DNA of 64,000 bases from NCBI GenBank assembly GCA_944384295.1, contig CALWSU010000010.1, positions 2,061 to 66,060 on the forward strand, in the 5' to 3' direction. This document shows positions 19,419 through 30,091 of this stretch, piece by piece. The notes under the pieces were generated by a model that worked only from the letters and a program-made list of their open reading frames with translations, was not told the DNA's origin and did no database searches. Both the position numbers and the translations under genes were made by a program. The stretch's first letter is position 1, and each line of letters begins with the position of its first letter. Source of the DNA: an uncultured Lachnospiraceae bacterium. Its GTDB lineage: Bacteria > Bacillota > Clostridia > Lachnospirales > Anaerotignaceae.

Positions 19419-19931
19419 TTGAAAGCAGAGATCATATCATGGATTAAGACCATTGCATTGGCTGTGCTGTTGGCAGTCATTGTAGATACAGTGTTTATTG
19501 TCAATGCGACTGTGCCAACTGGTTCTATGGAAAATACCATTATGACGAATGACCGCATATTGGCACTGCGTACCAGTTATTGGTTTTCCAGCCCAGAGCG
19601 TGGCGAAATTGTGGTATTTCGTTACCCAGACGACCCTTCCGGCGATACCTTGTTTGTCAAACGTGTGATTGGCGTTGGCGGCGATACCGTTGAGGTTAGA
19701 AATGGCGAAGTATTGGTCAATGGCGAAGTATTGGACGAACCTTATATCCGTGAACAGACAGAGGGCAATTTTGGACCATATACTGTGCCGGAAGGGCATT
19801 ACTTTATGATGGGAGATAACCGCAATCAGTCTTTGGATTCTCGGTATTGGACAAATATGTATGTCCCAGAAGATGAGATTTTAGGCAAAGTGGTACTGCG
19901 TTATTATAAAGGCTTTAAGTGGTTGGGCTAG
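19419..19931 (+). CDS. lepB: Signal peptidase I
   Basis: VPTGSMENT (Ser), FVKRVIG (Lys), MGDNRNQSLDSR; TTG start. Confidence 0.93.
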   Translation: MKAEIISWIKTIALAVLLAVIVDTVFIVNATVPTGSMENTIMTNDRILALRTSYWFSSPERGEIVVFRYPDDPSGDTLFVKRVIGVGGDTVEVRNGEVLVNGEVLDEPYIREQTEGNFGPYTVPEGHYFMMGDNRNQSLDSRYWTNMYVPEDEILGKVVLRYYKGFKWLG

Positions 19932-19958
19932 ACAATAAGCATAAGGAGATGAAACGAT

Positions 19959-20174
19959 ATGAAATGTCCATTTTGTAATTTGGAAATGATGGAAGGCTAT
20001 CTCAAAGCCGGAAGATATGTACAGTTTCAGGAAATGCTGGACGGCAAAAAAGGACAGGAGTATCTAGTGGCAAAAAGCTTTATGGGTGATGCCAAAATGA
20101 ATGGCTTTTTATGCCCATCTTGTCGAAAAATTATGGTAGATATTGACTTGGTAGAAGAACGCCCACAAAGATAA
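19959..20174 (+). CDS. Small zinc-ribbon protein (PF20097/DUF6487-like)
   Basis: MKCPFCNLEMMEGYL and CPSCRKIMVD Cys pairs; RBS GGAG. Confidence 0.7.
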   Translation: MKCPFCNLEMMEGYLKAGRYVQFQEMLDGKKGQEYLVAKSFMGDAKMNGFLCPSCRKIMVDIDLVEERPQR

Positions 20175-20191
20175 AAAAATGAAAATCAAAT

Positions 20192-20233
20192 AAAAAAAAC
20201 CTGTGATTGCTGTGAAGAATCACAGGTTTTTTT
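20192..20233. terminator. Bidirectional intrinsic terminator
   Basis: aaaaaaacctgtgatt...aatcacaggttttttt between convergent genes. Confidence 0.8.
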
Positions 20234-20251
20234 ATGTGTGTGATATGGAAA

Positions 20252-21634
20252 TTATACTAAACTTTGCAGATATGCCGCATTGTCTGCAATGGCTTTTGTG
20301 GTAGCGGCTTTTGCGGGACCACCTACCAGATTACGTGCTTCGACACATTGTTTTACGCTGATTGCTTCGTATACACTTTCGTTGAATACAGGGGAAATCG
20401 CCTGATATTCTTCCAAAGATAAATCGTCCAGATTGGTATTATGTTCGATGCAGTACAATACCAGTTGTCCAATGATGCTGTGCGCGTCACGGAATGGTAC
20501 GCCTTGTTTTACCAGCCAGTCTGCTGCGTCTGTGGCATTGGTGAAGCCGCCTTTTGCCGCTTGCAACATAGCTTCGGCTTTTACTTGCATGGTCGCAATC
20601 ATGTTTGTAAATACAGGCAAACACATTTTTACAGTATCAATAGCATCAAATAACGCTTCTTTGTCTTCCTGCATATCTTTGTTGTATGCCAAAGGCAGAC
20701 CTTTGAGTGTTGTGAGCAAGCCCATCAAATGTCCGTATACACGTCCAGTTTTGCCGCGAATCAATTCTGCCATGTCTGGGTTTTTCTTTTGAGGCATGAT
20801 GCTGGAGCCTGTAGAATAAGCGTCGTCTAGTTCTATAAAATGAAATTCGTGACTGCTCCAAAGTATGATTTCTTCACAAAAACGACTCAAATGCATCATC
20901 AGCATAGACAGTGCGGATACCAATTCCACACAAAAATCACGGTCTGCGACAGCGTCCATACTGTTTGCGGAAATTGCCGCAAAGCCCAGTTGTTCTGCAA
21001 CGAAATAACGGTCTAAAGGATATGTGGTAGTTGCCAGTGCGCCACTACCCAAAGGCAGTACATCGGTACGTTTGTACGCATCACACAAGCGGTCATAGTC
21101 GCGTTTGAACATTTCCAGATATGCCAGCAGATGATGGGCAAGTGTCACAGGCTGCGCGCGCTGTAAATGGGTATAGCCGGGCAGTATGGTTTCTGTATGG
21201 TCTTTTGCCAAATCATTGAGTGTCTGCATCAAAGTTTTGACAAGCTGCTTGATTTCTGTGATTTCTTTTTTGGTATACATGCGTGTATCCAAAGCAACTT
21301 GGTCGTTGCGGCTTCTGCCGGTATGCAGGCGTTTGCCGACATCTCCAATGCGCTGAATCAATATGGTTTCGATATTCATATGGATGTCTTCGGCTTTTTC
21401 GTCAAAAGATACTGTGCCAGCTTCTATATCAGCTAAAATTTCGCCTAATGTTTTGACAATCAAGTCTGCGTCCTGTTGTGGAATGATGCCTTGTTTGCCC
21501 AGCATAGCTGCGTGTGCCATGCTGCCTGTAATATCTTCGTGATACATGCGGCTGTCAAAGCCTATGGAAGAATGGAAATGGTCGGTAAAGCTGTCTGTGG
21601 ATTTTGTGAAGCGTCCACCCCAAAGTTTTTGCAT
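20252..21634 (-). CDS. argH: Argininosuccinate lyase
   Basis: KLWGGRF, HTGRSRNDQ, PGYTHLQRAQP, STGSSIMPQKKNPD, YNKDMQEDK. Confidence 0.98.
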   Translation of the reverse strand: MQKLWGGRFTKSTDSFTDHFHSSIGFDSRMYHEDITGSMAHAAMLGKQGIIPQQDADLIVKTLGEILADIEAGTVSFDEKAEDIHMNIETILIQRIGDVGKRLHTGRSRNDQVALDTRMYTKKEITEIKQLVKTLMQTLNDLAKDHTETILPGYTHLQRAQPVTLAHHLLAYLEMFKRDYDRLCDAYKRTDVLPLGSGALATTTYPLDRYFVAEQLGFAAISANSMDAVADRDFCVELVSALSMLMMHLSRFCEEIILWSSHEFHFIELDDAYSTGSSIMPQKKNPDMAELIRGKTGRVYGHLMGLLTTLKGLPLAYNKDMQEDKEALFDAIDTVKMCLPVFTNMIATMQVKAEAMLQAAKGGFTNATDAADWLVKQGVPFRDAHSIIGQLVLYCIEHNTNLDDLSLEEYQAISPVFNESVYEAISVKQCVEARNLVGGPAKAATTKAIADNAAYLQSLV

Positions 21635-21762
21635 ATTGTTCGTTCCTTTCTGCGGTTGATACATGGTGATAAAAGGTAATAAAAGAAAAAATGGATAAAA
21701 GAGGGTTTTATCCATTTATCCATTTTTTCGTTGGTTTCGTTTCTATATAGACGTTTTTTATA

Positions 21763-22980
21763 TTATTTGTTTTCCTGATTTGCCATCATCATAGCACGTA
21801 CTTTCAAAGGCAGACCAAACAGATTGATGAAGCCGTCTGCGTCTTTGTGGTTGTACAGTTCGCCTGTGGTAAAGCTTGCCATAGATTCATTGTACAGGCT
21901 GTAAGGAGATGTGCTGCCAGCAGGAATGATATTGCCTTTGTACAGTTTCAGTTTTACAGTACCTGTAACAGTTTCGTTTACTTTGTCGAAGTATGCGCTC
22001 AGTGCTTCACGCAGAGGGGTATACCATTCGCCGCTGTATACCAATTCTGTAAATTTGTTGCTTGCGATTTCATTGAATGCCTGTGTTTTCTTGTCTGTGC
22101 ACAGGTATTCCAGTTCGCGGTGTGCATAGTACAGAATGGTACCGCCAGGTGTTTCGTATACGCCACGGGATTTCATACCAACCACACGGTTTTCGCAGAT
22201 GTCAGCAATACCAATACCGTTTTTACCGCCGATTTCGTTCAGTTTTTTCAGCATTTCTACAGGACCCAGTTTTTCGCCATTGACTGCAACAGGTACGCCT
22301 GCTTCAAAATCCAATGTGATATATTCGGGTGTATCTGGTGCATCTTCAGGAGAAACGCCCAATTGCAGCAGATGTTTGTAGTTGGGTTCGTTTGCGGGGT
22401 CTTCCAGTTCCAGACCTTCATGGCTCAAGTGCCAGATGTTGCGGTCACGGCTGTAAGAATTGTCATGGCTTGCTTCAAAAGGAATGCCATGTGCTTCCAG
22501 ATAAGCCAATTCATCTTCACGGCTTTCCATGCCCCATGTATCCAGACGCCAAGGAGCAATGATTTTCAGGTCGGGAGCCAGTGCTTTGATGGTCAGTTCA
22601 AAACGTACTTGGTCATTGCCTTTGCCGGTTGCACCGTGACAAATTGCAGTTGCGCCTTCTTTTTTCGCGATTTCTACCAGTTTCTTTGCAATGATAGGAC
22701 GTGCCATAGAAGTACCTAACAGATATTTTCCTTCATATACTGCATTTGCTTTGATGCAAGGATAGATAGCGTCTGTGATAAATTCTTCTGTCAGGTCAGC
22801 AATGTAAAGTTTGCTTGCGCCTGTTTTCAGTGCTTTTTCTTCCAAGCCTTCTGTTTCTTTGCCCTGACCTACGTCACCGCATACAGCAATGACTTCTGCA
22901 TCATAATGTTCTTTCAGCCAAGGAATGATAACAGATGTATCCAAACCACCGGAATAAGCCAGTACAATTTTTTCTTTCAT
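21763..22980 (-). CDS. argG: Argininosuccinate synthase
   Basis: [45 protein letters not shown]. Confidence 0.98.
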   Translation of the reverse strand: MKEKIVLAYSGGLDTSVIIPWLKEHYDAEVIAVCGDVGQGKETEGLEEKALKTGASKLYIADLTEEFITDAIYPCIKANAVYEGKYLLGTSMARPIIAKKLVEIAKKEGATAICHGATGKGNDQVRFELTIKALAPDLKIIAPWRLDTWGMESREDELAYLEAHGIPFEASHDNSYSRDRNIWHLSHEGLELEDPANEPNYKHLLQLGVSPEDAPDTPEYITLDFEAGVPVAVNGEKLGPVEMLKKLNEIGGKNGIGIADICENRVVGMKSRGVYETPGGTILYYAHRELEYLCTDKKTQAFNEIASNKFTELVYSGEWYTPLREALSAYFDKVNETVTGTVKLKLYKGNIIPAGSTSPYSLYNESMASFTTGELYNHKDADGFINLFGLPLKVRAMMMANQENK

Positions 22981-23043
22981 GATAATAGTTCCTCCTTCAA
23001 ATCTTGTGCTTTTTACAAACGGCAAATGCGCCGTGTATTTTGC

Positions 23044-23060
23044 TTGAATAATTATGAATG
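23044..23060. promoter_or_regulatory. Possible ARG box (ArgR/AhrC operator) upstream of argG
   Basis: TTGAATAATTATGAAT resembles TGAAT-N4-ATxCA; further AT-rich half-matches occur at about 23120 and 23205. Confidence 0.4.
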
Positions 23061-23398
23061 TATTATACATAGCATGTGCTACAAATGCAAGTATAAATTG
23101 GAAAAATATATGCTTTTTGTGTATAATTATGATATAGAAACACTTTACAATACTTCTTTTGGTAATTTTTTCGTTTTATACAGTTATAAATATTCAATAT
23201 GCGATGCATAAATGTATAGAGCGTAGTTATGTATGCAAAATACTGTATATTAAGTATGTATGCAATGGTTTTTTTGCTTTGCGAAACCCACCTTTTGTGA
23301 TATGATGTAACAAAAAGAATTTGGCTTTGACAAATTTCGCAAATCAAATGAGAGAATAAGAGAATACAAGAGAAACAATGCAAAGGAGAGATGCAGTG

Positions 23399-24277
23399 AT
23401 GAAAGTTTTGACGTATCAATATAATGGACAAAAAGCAGTCGGCATATTGAAAAAAGATGGCTCTGAAGTTGTGCCAGTCAATTATTTGGGCTGTGGCTTA
23501 TTAAATATGACAGAATTTATTGCATCTATGACAGAGCAAAAACAAGCAAAATTAGAAAAAAATGCAGAATTGATGCTGGGGATTCCGCTTTCTGATGTCA
23601 GAATACTTTCTCCAATTGTACACCCCAAACAAGATGTCATTTGCTTGGGCATCAATTACTATGCACATGCAGAAGAAGCAGCACGTTTTCATGATGAAGC
23701 CTTTGGCGGAGAACGTCCACAACCCATTTATTTTTCAAAACGCGTGAATCGTGCGGTAGGCGATGGAGAAGAAATTGACGGACATTTTGATATTGTAGAA
23801 GGTCTGGACTATGAAGCAGAATTGGCTGTTATCATTGGCAAAGATGCAAAAAATGTAGCCGAAAAAGATGCATTTTCTTATGTATTTGGGTATACCATAC
23901 TCAATGACATCAGCGCAAGAAATCTGCAAACATCACATAAACAATGGTATTTCGGCAAGAGTTTGGATGATTTTACACCGATTGGACCTTGGATTGTCAC
24001 CAAAAATGAGTTTGAAAACCCGCCTGCATTGCCGATACGTTCTTATGTCAATGGCGAATTGCGTCAAGACAGCAATACTGGTTTGATGATAAACGGCATT
24101 GCAAAAGTCATCAGCCAGCTTTCTCAAGGCATGACGCTGCAAGCAGGTAGCATCATTGCTATGGGTACACCGGCTGGCGTGGGTATGGGATTTGACCCAC
24201 CCAAGTTTTTGAAAGCAGGAGATGAAGTCATTTGCGAAATCGAAGGCATTGGCAGAATCACAAATAAAGTGCGTTGA
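23399..24277 (+). CDS. Fumarylacetoacetate hydrolase family protein
   Basis: ICLGINY, LDYEAELAVIIG, GYTILNDISAR, WYFGKS.D.FTPIGP, GTPAGVG. Confidence 0.93.
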   Translation: MKVLTYQYNGQKAVGILKKDGSEVVPVNYLGCGLLNMTEFIASMTEQKQAKLEKNAELMLGIPLSDVRILSPIVHPKQDVICLGINYYAHAEEAARFHDEAFGGERPQPIYFSKRVNRAVGDGEEIDGHFDIVEGLDYEAELAVIIGKDAKNVAEKDAFSYVFGYTILNDISARNLQTSHKQWYFGKSLDDFTPIGPWIVTKNEFENPPALPIRSYVNGELRQDSNTGLMINGIAKVISQLSQGMTLQAGSIIAMGTPAGVGMGFDPPKFLKAGDEVICEIEGIGRITNKVR

Positions 24278-24318
24278 TTGCAAATTGACAGAATTTGTGT
24301 GAATAAAAGGAGAAGTTT

Positions 24319-26190
24319 ATGCAAAAAAATACAATTAAGGTAATGAGTGTATTTGGCACCAGACCAGAGGCAATCAAAATGGCACCTTTGGTCAAAGTGC
24401 TGGAAGATGCGGCAGGCATTGAAAGCGTGGTATGCGTGACCGCACAGCATCGCGAAATGTTGGATCAGGTGCTTGAGATTTTTGACCTGCACCCCAAGTA
24501 TGATTTGAACATCATGCAAAGCCGACAGACATTAGCGGGTATCACCACACGCGCTTTGACAGGATTGGAAGAAGTGATGGCAACAGAAAAGCCCGACCTT
24601 GTATTGGTGCATGGCGATACCTCTACCACATTTGCCGGCGCTTTGGCGGCATATTACAATCAAATCAAGGTGGGGCATGTGGAAGCAGGTCTGCGCACTT
24701 ATGACAAGTATCAGCCATTTCCAGAAGAAATGAATCGTTGCTTGACTGGTGTTTTGACAGATTTGCATTTTGCGCCTACCCCTTTGGCAAAACAACATCT
24801 TTTGAAAGAAAATGTTGCGCCGGATAATATATTCATTACAGGCAATACTGTGATTGATGCTTTGGCACATACCATAGAAGAAAATTATACGTTCCAAGAA
24901 TCTGTTTTGAATGATTTGGATTTTGCAAACAAACGTGTCATTGCTATGACAGCGCATCGCCGCGAAAATCTGGGGCAGCCGTTGCAAAATATCTGCCATG
25001 CTGTCAAAAGATTGGTAGAGGAATTTGAAGATGTAGAAGTGGTTTATGCAGTGCATAAAAATCCTGCTGTGTCTGATGTTGCCCATGCTATATTGGGCGG
25101 ACACCCCAGAATCCACTTGACCGACCCTCTGGATTTGAAAGACATGCATAATTTGATGTGTCGTTCTTTCTTTGTGATGACAGACAGCGGCGGTTTGCAG
25201 GAAGAAGTACCTTCTATGGGCAAACCAGTCTTGGTACTGCGTAATGTGACAGAACGCCCTGAAGGTATCGAAGCTGGTACATTGCGTCTGGCTGGCACAG
25301 ATGAAGATACGATTTATAATATGGCAAAAACACTTTTGACCAATCCAAGTGTTTATGCGTCTATGGCACAGGCAAAAAATCCTTTTGGCGACGGCAATGC
25401 TTCCAAACGCATTTTACAGGCAATTTATTATGCGTTTGGCATCTCACAAACGCGCCCACAGGATTATATTGTTCCAAGCCGCAAGCGAAGTGACAAGGAG
25501 GAAAAACCTATGAAAGAAGAAAGAATGGCAATTCTGCATATGTTGGAAAAAGGTCTGATTACAGTAGATGAAGCAGAACGACTGTTGACTGTACTGCATC
25601 AAGGCTTAGAAAAAGAAGGTTTGGGCAAAGCAGTAGGCTCTGCGTTGGAAAAAGCAGGTTCTGCGTTTAGCAGTGTCGCAAAAACGGTAGGTGAACAGGC
25701 AGAACGTTTGCAGCCAAAAGTGAAAGAAATGGCGTCTAAAATGGCAGACCGTGCAGATGACTTACAGCCTAAAGTGCGCAGTGCGGCATTCCGTATGACA
25801 GAAAAGGCACAGGAACTCAAAGAAGATGCAAAATTTTACAAAGTGAAATTACAAGAAAAAAAAAACCGAGACGAGGGGGAGCACTGGAACGAAGCGGACA
25901 TCGATGCACTCGAAGCGGAGGAAACACAGCAGGCATTGGCACAAACAGCCATACCAGAGGATATATCGGAAAACACATTGACCGCAGACGAGGCAGACAT
26001 GTACGATCCAAACATGGAAAAGTATGCAAAGAATGTTGAATCTGTCATGAGTTCCGTACAATTGCAAATGGAACAGATTGATGAGTGTGAGGATTTCCTC
26101 AAAGCGGCGTTTGGCGACATTGATCCTGCCGATTGGGAAGACGACGAAGACGAAGCAGAAACCACAGACAAGAAAGAAGAAACAAAATAA
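24319..26190 (+). CDS. wecB: UDP-N-acetylglucosamine 2-epimerase fused in frame to a SHOCT-like/acidic domain
   Basis: VFGTRPEAIKMAP, VHGDTST, HVEAGLRT, PFPEEMNR, TAHRREN, TDSGGLQEE, NPFGDG; continues without a stop into MKEERMAILHML...(internal RBS + ATG 25510). Confidence 0.88.
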   Translation: MQKNTIKVMSVFGTRPEAIKMAPLVKVLEDAAGIESVVCVTAQHREMLDQVLEIFDLHPKYDLNIMQSRQTLAGITTRALTGLEEVMATEKPDLVLVHGDTSTTFAGALAAYYNQIKVGHVEAGLRTYDKYQPFPEEMNRCLTGVLTDLHFAPTPLAKQHLLKENVAPDNIFITGNTVIDALAHTIEENYTFQESVLNDLDFANKRVIAMTAHRRENLGQPLQNICHAVKRLVEEFEDVEVVYAVHKNPAVSDVAHAILGGHPRIHLTDPLDLKDMHNLMCRSFFVMTDSGGLQEEVPSMGKPVLVLRNVTERPEGIEAGTLRLAGTDEDTIYNMAKTLLTNPSVYASMAQAKNPFGDGNASKRILQAIYYAFGISQTRPQDYIVPSRKRSDKEEKPMKEERMAILHMLEKGLITVDEAERLLTVLHQGLEKEGLGKAVGSALEKAGSAFSSVAKTVGEQAERLQPKVKEMASKMADRADDLQPKVRSAAFRMTEKAQELKEDAKFYKVKLQEKKNRDEGEHWNEADIDALEAEETQQALAQTAIPEDISENTLTADEADMYDPNMEKYAKNVESVMSSVQLQMEQIDECEDFLKAAFGDIDPADWEDDEDEAETTDKKEETK

Positions 26191-26284
26191 TCACACAGTC
26201 TTTTTTGTCTTACTATGTCTTTCTATGTTTTTCTTTGTCTTTTCAATAGATGGAATGGATTTTTTTGTCAAATTATGAAATATA

Positions 26285-26313
26285 TTGCATACCGCATCTG
26301 ACAAGCGTATAAT
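26285..26313 (+). promoter_or_regulatory. Putative sigma-A promoter of the SLH-protein gene
   Basis: TTGCAT-17 bp-TATAAT. Confidence 0.55.
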
Positions 26314-26413
26314 GTTGTAGCAATACTGTTTTTTGGTATTGCTGCAACATAAAAAAACATAAAAACATAGAAACATAACAGGGACGTCATTGCAAAAAAG
26401 GGAGAGGTAGTCA

Positions 26414-28570
26414 GTGAAACGATGGGAAAGAGCTGCTGTTTTCGGGGTGGCTGCTTTGCTATTTGCAACAACAGGGAATGTAGGCAGTGCAGGCAGTGTA
26501 CCAGTTTTTGCGCAGCAGACGACAGCAGGGCAAACAACAGTACAAACAGCAAGCCAACAGGGGGTTTTACAATATCTGTATTTGGAAGAACAAATCGAAC
26601 TTCCCAAAGAAGACCAAAAGATTTTGGTACAACTGGTACCAAGAACACAAATGCCCCAAACGGCACAATTGAAATATCATATCGTGGAAACAGGGGAAGT
26701 CAAAACAATCGATGCTGTGCAAATCCAAGAAAACATGTTTTTGTTTGCGCCGGAACCAAAGACCGACAGACAAAAACAACTGCTGGAATTGACATTGCAG
26801 CCCCAAACGATTGTGCTGGATTCTGTAACATGGACAGAAGGGGATACCAGATACCGTTTTGATTTTGCAAAACTGGCACAGGAAATTTCTTATACAACGG
26901 CAAAACAGGAAACAGAAGATACTTCCGTACTGTATACAAATAATGGACAAAGTGTTTTGATTCCTGTCGAAGAAGAAACAAAAGATACTGCTACAGATGA
27001 CATGACACGCATTGTGCAAAGAATAGAAGCCGCAGTATCTACACAAGGCACAGAGCAAGAAGAAACAGAACAAAAACCAGAACAGGAAACTGAATCAGAA
27101 ACAACGCAAACACCAGAAAACGAACAGCAGAACGCAGAAACAACACAACCAACAGAAGAACTGACAGAAGACCAACAAGATACGCAAACATCAGAAAATC
27201 CAACAAATTCAGAAAATTCTACCATTGCAGTACAGGACGAAATTACTTATACAGGTGGGGAATTGTTTGCAGATGTCAAGTCTTCCAATTGGTTTTATCC
27301 AAGCGTCAGCTATGTAATGAATAAAGGGCTGATGACGGGTATGATGGACGGCAATTTTGCGCCTTCTGGTATGGTCAATCGTGCACAGTTTGCTGTCATA
27401 TTATATCGTATGGAGGGTGCACCCGCAGTAGATGCGGTTTCTGCTTATACCGATGTTCCAAATGATGCGTTTTACACAAAAGCCATGCTGTGGGCAGAGC
27501 AGGAAGGTTTGCTGTCTGGCGTAGATGCGACTACCATGCAGCCACAAGCAGAAATAACACGGGAGCAAATGGTTTCTGTGTTGTATCGTTATGCCCAAAA
27601 CAAAGGCTTTGATACCAGTAAAAAAGCAGATTTATCTGTATATGCAGATGGGACACAGGTTTCTGATTTTGCCAAAGAAGCAATGGCTTGGGCAGTCGGT
27701 ACAGGTCTGATTTCGGGCGAAGGGGAACAAAAATTATTGCGACCACAAGACGCGACAAATCGCGCTGTTTGTGCGGCAATGATTACCCATTTTTGTGAAA
27801 CATATCTACCCAATACATACCCGAATATTCCGATTTATGCAACAGTAGAAACAATCACCATAGGAGCGGCAGACCCCAATACAGGTGATTTTAATATCAC
27901 AGTATCCGATATGAACACAACTATGGAAGTGGTGCAGGTAGAAGCGGTATTGTATTGTGAAGGTCACCCACAAGACCGCGTATTGCGTGTGATGCAAAAA
28001 CAAGATGCAGATACTTATACTGCGACAGATAGTGTGAAAAATCATAAAATGCAGTATGGTACTTATCAAGTACAGGTTTATGTCACATTATCCAATGGCA
28101 TACGGATTTTGGCAGGCACCCAAAGCGCACAAATCACAGGCAGTGAGGCACAAATGCGCATCAGCAAAAATATCAATGCTGTATATGATGAAGTGGGTAC
28201 TGATTTATACGCTTGCTATCAATGGGTGGCACAAAATGTAAGCTATAAAAAATTGCCAATTCCTTTGGAACCGCCCGCAGGCTATACGGCAGACCAATGG
28301 TATGCGATACAGGCTTTTGAACAAAGACAAGGCAATTGCTTCTGTTATGCTGGCGCGTTTTACCATTTGGCAAAAGCGTTGGGCTATGATGTACGATATG
28401 TAGAGGGCAAAGTGGCAATGGCGGCAGGTGGCAATGGTCCGCATGGCTGGGTAGAAATCACCATAGATGGCGCAACTTATATTTGTGACCCAGATATGCA
28501 GCGCGAAGCGCCAAGACATAATTTTTATATGCAGCCAGTTGGCAGCCCTGTCATTCGATACATTCGATAG
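26414..28570 (+). CDS. Secreted S-layer-homology (3x SLH) protein with Bsp-like repeat and C-terminal transglutaminase-like domain
   Basis: Signal peptide; E/Q/T-rich linker; SLH repeats (FADV...NRAQFAVILYR; YTDV...TREQMVSVLYR; YADG...NRAVCAAM); C-terminal GNCFCYA...HGWVEI...ICDP Cys-His-Asp pattern. Confidence 0.8.
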   Translation: MKRWERAAVFGVAALLFATTGNVGSAGSVPVFAQQTTAGQTTVQTASQQGVLQYLYLEEQIELPKEDQKILVQLVPRTQMPQTAQLKYHIVETGEVKTIDAVQIQENMFLFAPEPKTDRQKQLLELTLQPQTIVLDSVTWTEGDTRYRFDFAKLAQEISYTTAKQETEDTSVLYTNNGQSVLIPVEEETKDTATDDMTRIVQRIEAAVSTQGTEQEETEQKPEQETESETTQTPENEQQNAETTQPTEELTEDQQDTQTSENPTNSENSTIAVQDEITYTGGELFADVKSSNWFYPSVSYVMNKGLMTGMMDGNFAPSGMVNRAQFAVILYRMEGAPAVDAVSAYTDVPNDAFYTKAMLWAEQEGLLSGVDATTMQPQAEITREQMVSVLYRYAQNKGFDTSKKADLSVYADGTQVSDFAKEAMAWAVGTGLISGEGEQKLLRPQDATNRAVCAAMITHFCETYLPNTYPNIPIYATVETITIGAADPNTGDFNITVSDMNTTMEVVQVEAVLYCEGHPQDRVLRVMQKQDADTYTATDSVKNHKMQYGTYQVQVYVTLSNGIRILAGTQSAQITGSEAQMRISKNINAVYDEVGTDLYACYQWVAQNVSYKKLPIPLEPPAGYTADQWYAIQAFEQRQGNCFCYAGAFYHLAKALGYDVRYVEGKVAMAAGGNGPHGWVEITIDGATYICDPDMQREAPRHNFYMQPVGSPVIRYIR

Positions 28571-28626
28571 GAATGAAGCAACAATATAAATATATATGAA
28601 GTAGTTGAGGTAGTAAGATAGTCAAG

Positions 28627-28669
28627 TAGTAAGGTAGTAAGGTAGTAAGGTAGTAAGGTAGTAAGGTAG
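28627..28669 (+). repeat. Simple sequence repeat (TAGTAAGG)5 plus degenerate upstream units
   Basis: Five perfect 8-mers at 28627-28666, degenerate units from about 28602; ends about 10 bp before the MBOAT ATG. Confidence 0.92.
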
Positions 28670-28676
28670 GGCGCGT

Positions 28677-30077
28677 ATGGTTTTCAGTTCGCTTACATTT
28701 TTGTGTGTATTTTTGCCGGTTGTGCTGGCAGTATATTATCTATTACCAACATTGCGTATCCGCAATATTTTATTGATTGTGGTCAGCTTGCTGTTTTATG
28801 CGTATGGCGAACCGATTTATGTATTGCTGATGATTTTCAGCATTGTGATGAATTATCTCTTTGGACGATGGTTGGATTCACAAAACCAAACACGCAGAAA
28901 AGCAGTGCTGTTTCTGGCAGTCATCATCAATCTGGGGCTGTTGGTGATTTTTAAGTATACCGATATGATTTTACAAACCATCAACAGCATCAGTGGCAGT
29001 CAAATTCCTTTGGTAGGGTTGGCGTTGCCAATTGGCATATCTTTTTTTACATTTCAAGCATTGTCTTATGTGATTGATGTATACCGCAAAGAAGTGCCTT
29101 CCCCAAAAAATCTATGGAATGTCATGTTGTATATTTCATTTTTTCCGCAATTGATTGCGGGACCGATTGTAAAATATCATGACATTGCACAGCAGATACA
29201 TACAAGAACGGCGGACAGTCGAGAGATTGCGGAAGGCTTACGCCGTTTTATATTGGGGCTATCCAAAAAAGTATTGCTGTCCAACACTTTGGCAATCACG
29301 GCAGATGCCCTGTTTGGTGCGGCACCGGCTGAAATCAATATACTTTCGGCATGGCTGGCAGCCATTTGCTATATGCTGCAAATCTATTTTGATTTCAGTG
29401 GATATAGCGATATGGCAATCGGTTTGGGACATATGTTTGGATTCCGGTTTTTGGAAAATTTCCGTTATCCCTATATCTCGACCAGCATCAAAGAATTTTG
29501 GCGCAGATGGCATATCTCGCTGTCGACGTGGTTTAAGGAATATTTGTATATTCCTTTGGGCGGCAATCGCAAAGGGCTTGCGCGTACCTGTCTGAATAAA
29601 ATGATTGTGTTTTTCTGTACAGGGCTTTGGCATGGCGCAAACTGGACATTTGTGCTGTGGGGGCTTTGGCATGGCGCATTTTTGCTTTTGGAACAGGTTT
29701 GCCCGATACACAAATTACAAAAAGGCTTGGCACATATATATGCACTGCTTGTAGTTTGTATCGGTTTTGTGCTGTTCCGCGCGGATACATTGCAACAAGG
29801 TGTATTTTTGATTGGTAATATGTTTACAGGCTGGGAATTTACCCATTTGCAAATGACAACGGTATTAGAGCAGATGACACCGCTTTTGATTTTGACGCTG
29901 TTATGCAGTTTTGTAGGCTGTACACCATGGCTGCCCAAAGTAGCGCAATGGTGTTGTGAGAAAGGCGGACAGAAAGCGGAAACGGTAGGCTATGTATGTA
30001 GTTTTCTTTTATTGCTATTATGTATGCTGAGTCTGTCCAGCGGTACCTATAATCCCTTTATTTATTTTCGGTTTTAA
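28677..30077 (+). CDS. MBOAT O-acyltransferase (AlgI/PatA/DltB family)
   Basis: LPIGISFFTFQ, FPQLIAGPI, QIYFDFSGYSDMAIG, FWRRWHISLS, GLWHG (catalytic His), C-terminal NPFIYFRF. Confidence 0.95.
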   Translation: MVFSSLTFLCVFLPVVLAVYYLLPTLRIRNILLIVVSLLFYAYGEPIYVLLMIFSIVMNYLFGRWLDSQNQTRRKAVLFLAVIINLGLLVIFKYTDMILQTINSISGSQIPLVGLALPIGISFFTFQALSYVIDVYRKEVPSPKNLWNVMLYISFFPQLIAGPIVKYHDIAQQIHTRTADSREIAEGLRRFILGLSKKVLLSNTLAITADALFGAAPAEINILSAWLAAICYMLQIYFDFSGYSDMAIGLGHMFGFRFLENFRYPYISTSIKEFWRRWHISLSTWFKEYLYIPLGGNRKGLARTCLNKMIVFFCTGLWHGANWTFVLWGLWHGAFLLLEQVCPIHKLQKGLAHIYALLVVCIGFVLFRADTLQQGVFLIGNMFTGWEFTHLQMTTVLEQMTPLLILTLLCSFVGCTPWLPKVAQWCCEKGGQKAETVGYVCSFLLLLLCMLSLSSGTYNPFIYFRF

Positions 30078-30091
30078 GGAGACGATGCGCT

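Noticed and set aside
26343-26370. SigV-type promoter upstream of the SLH/MBOAT block
   Set aside because: TGCAAC is present but the -10 element does not match; a sigma-A promoter at 26285-26313 explains the region.
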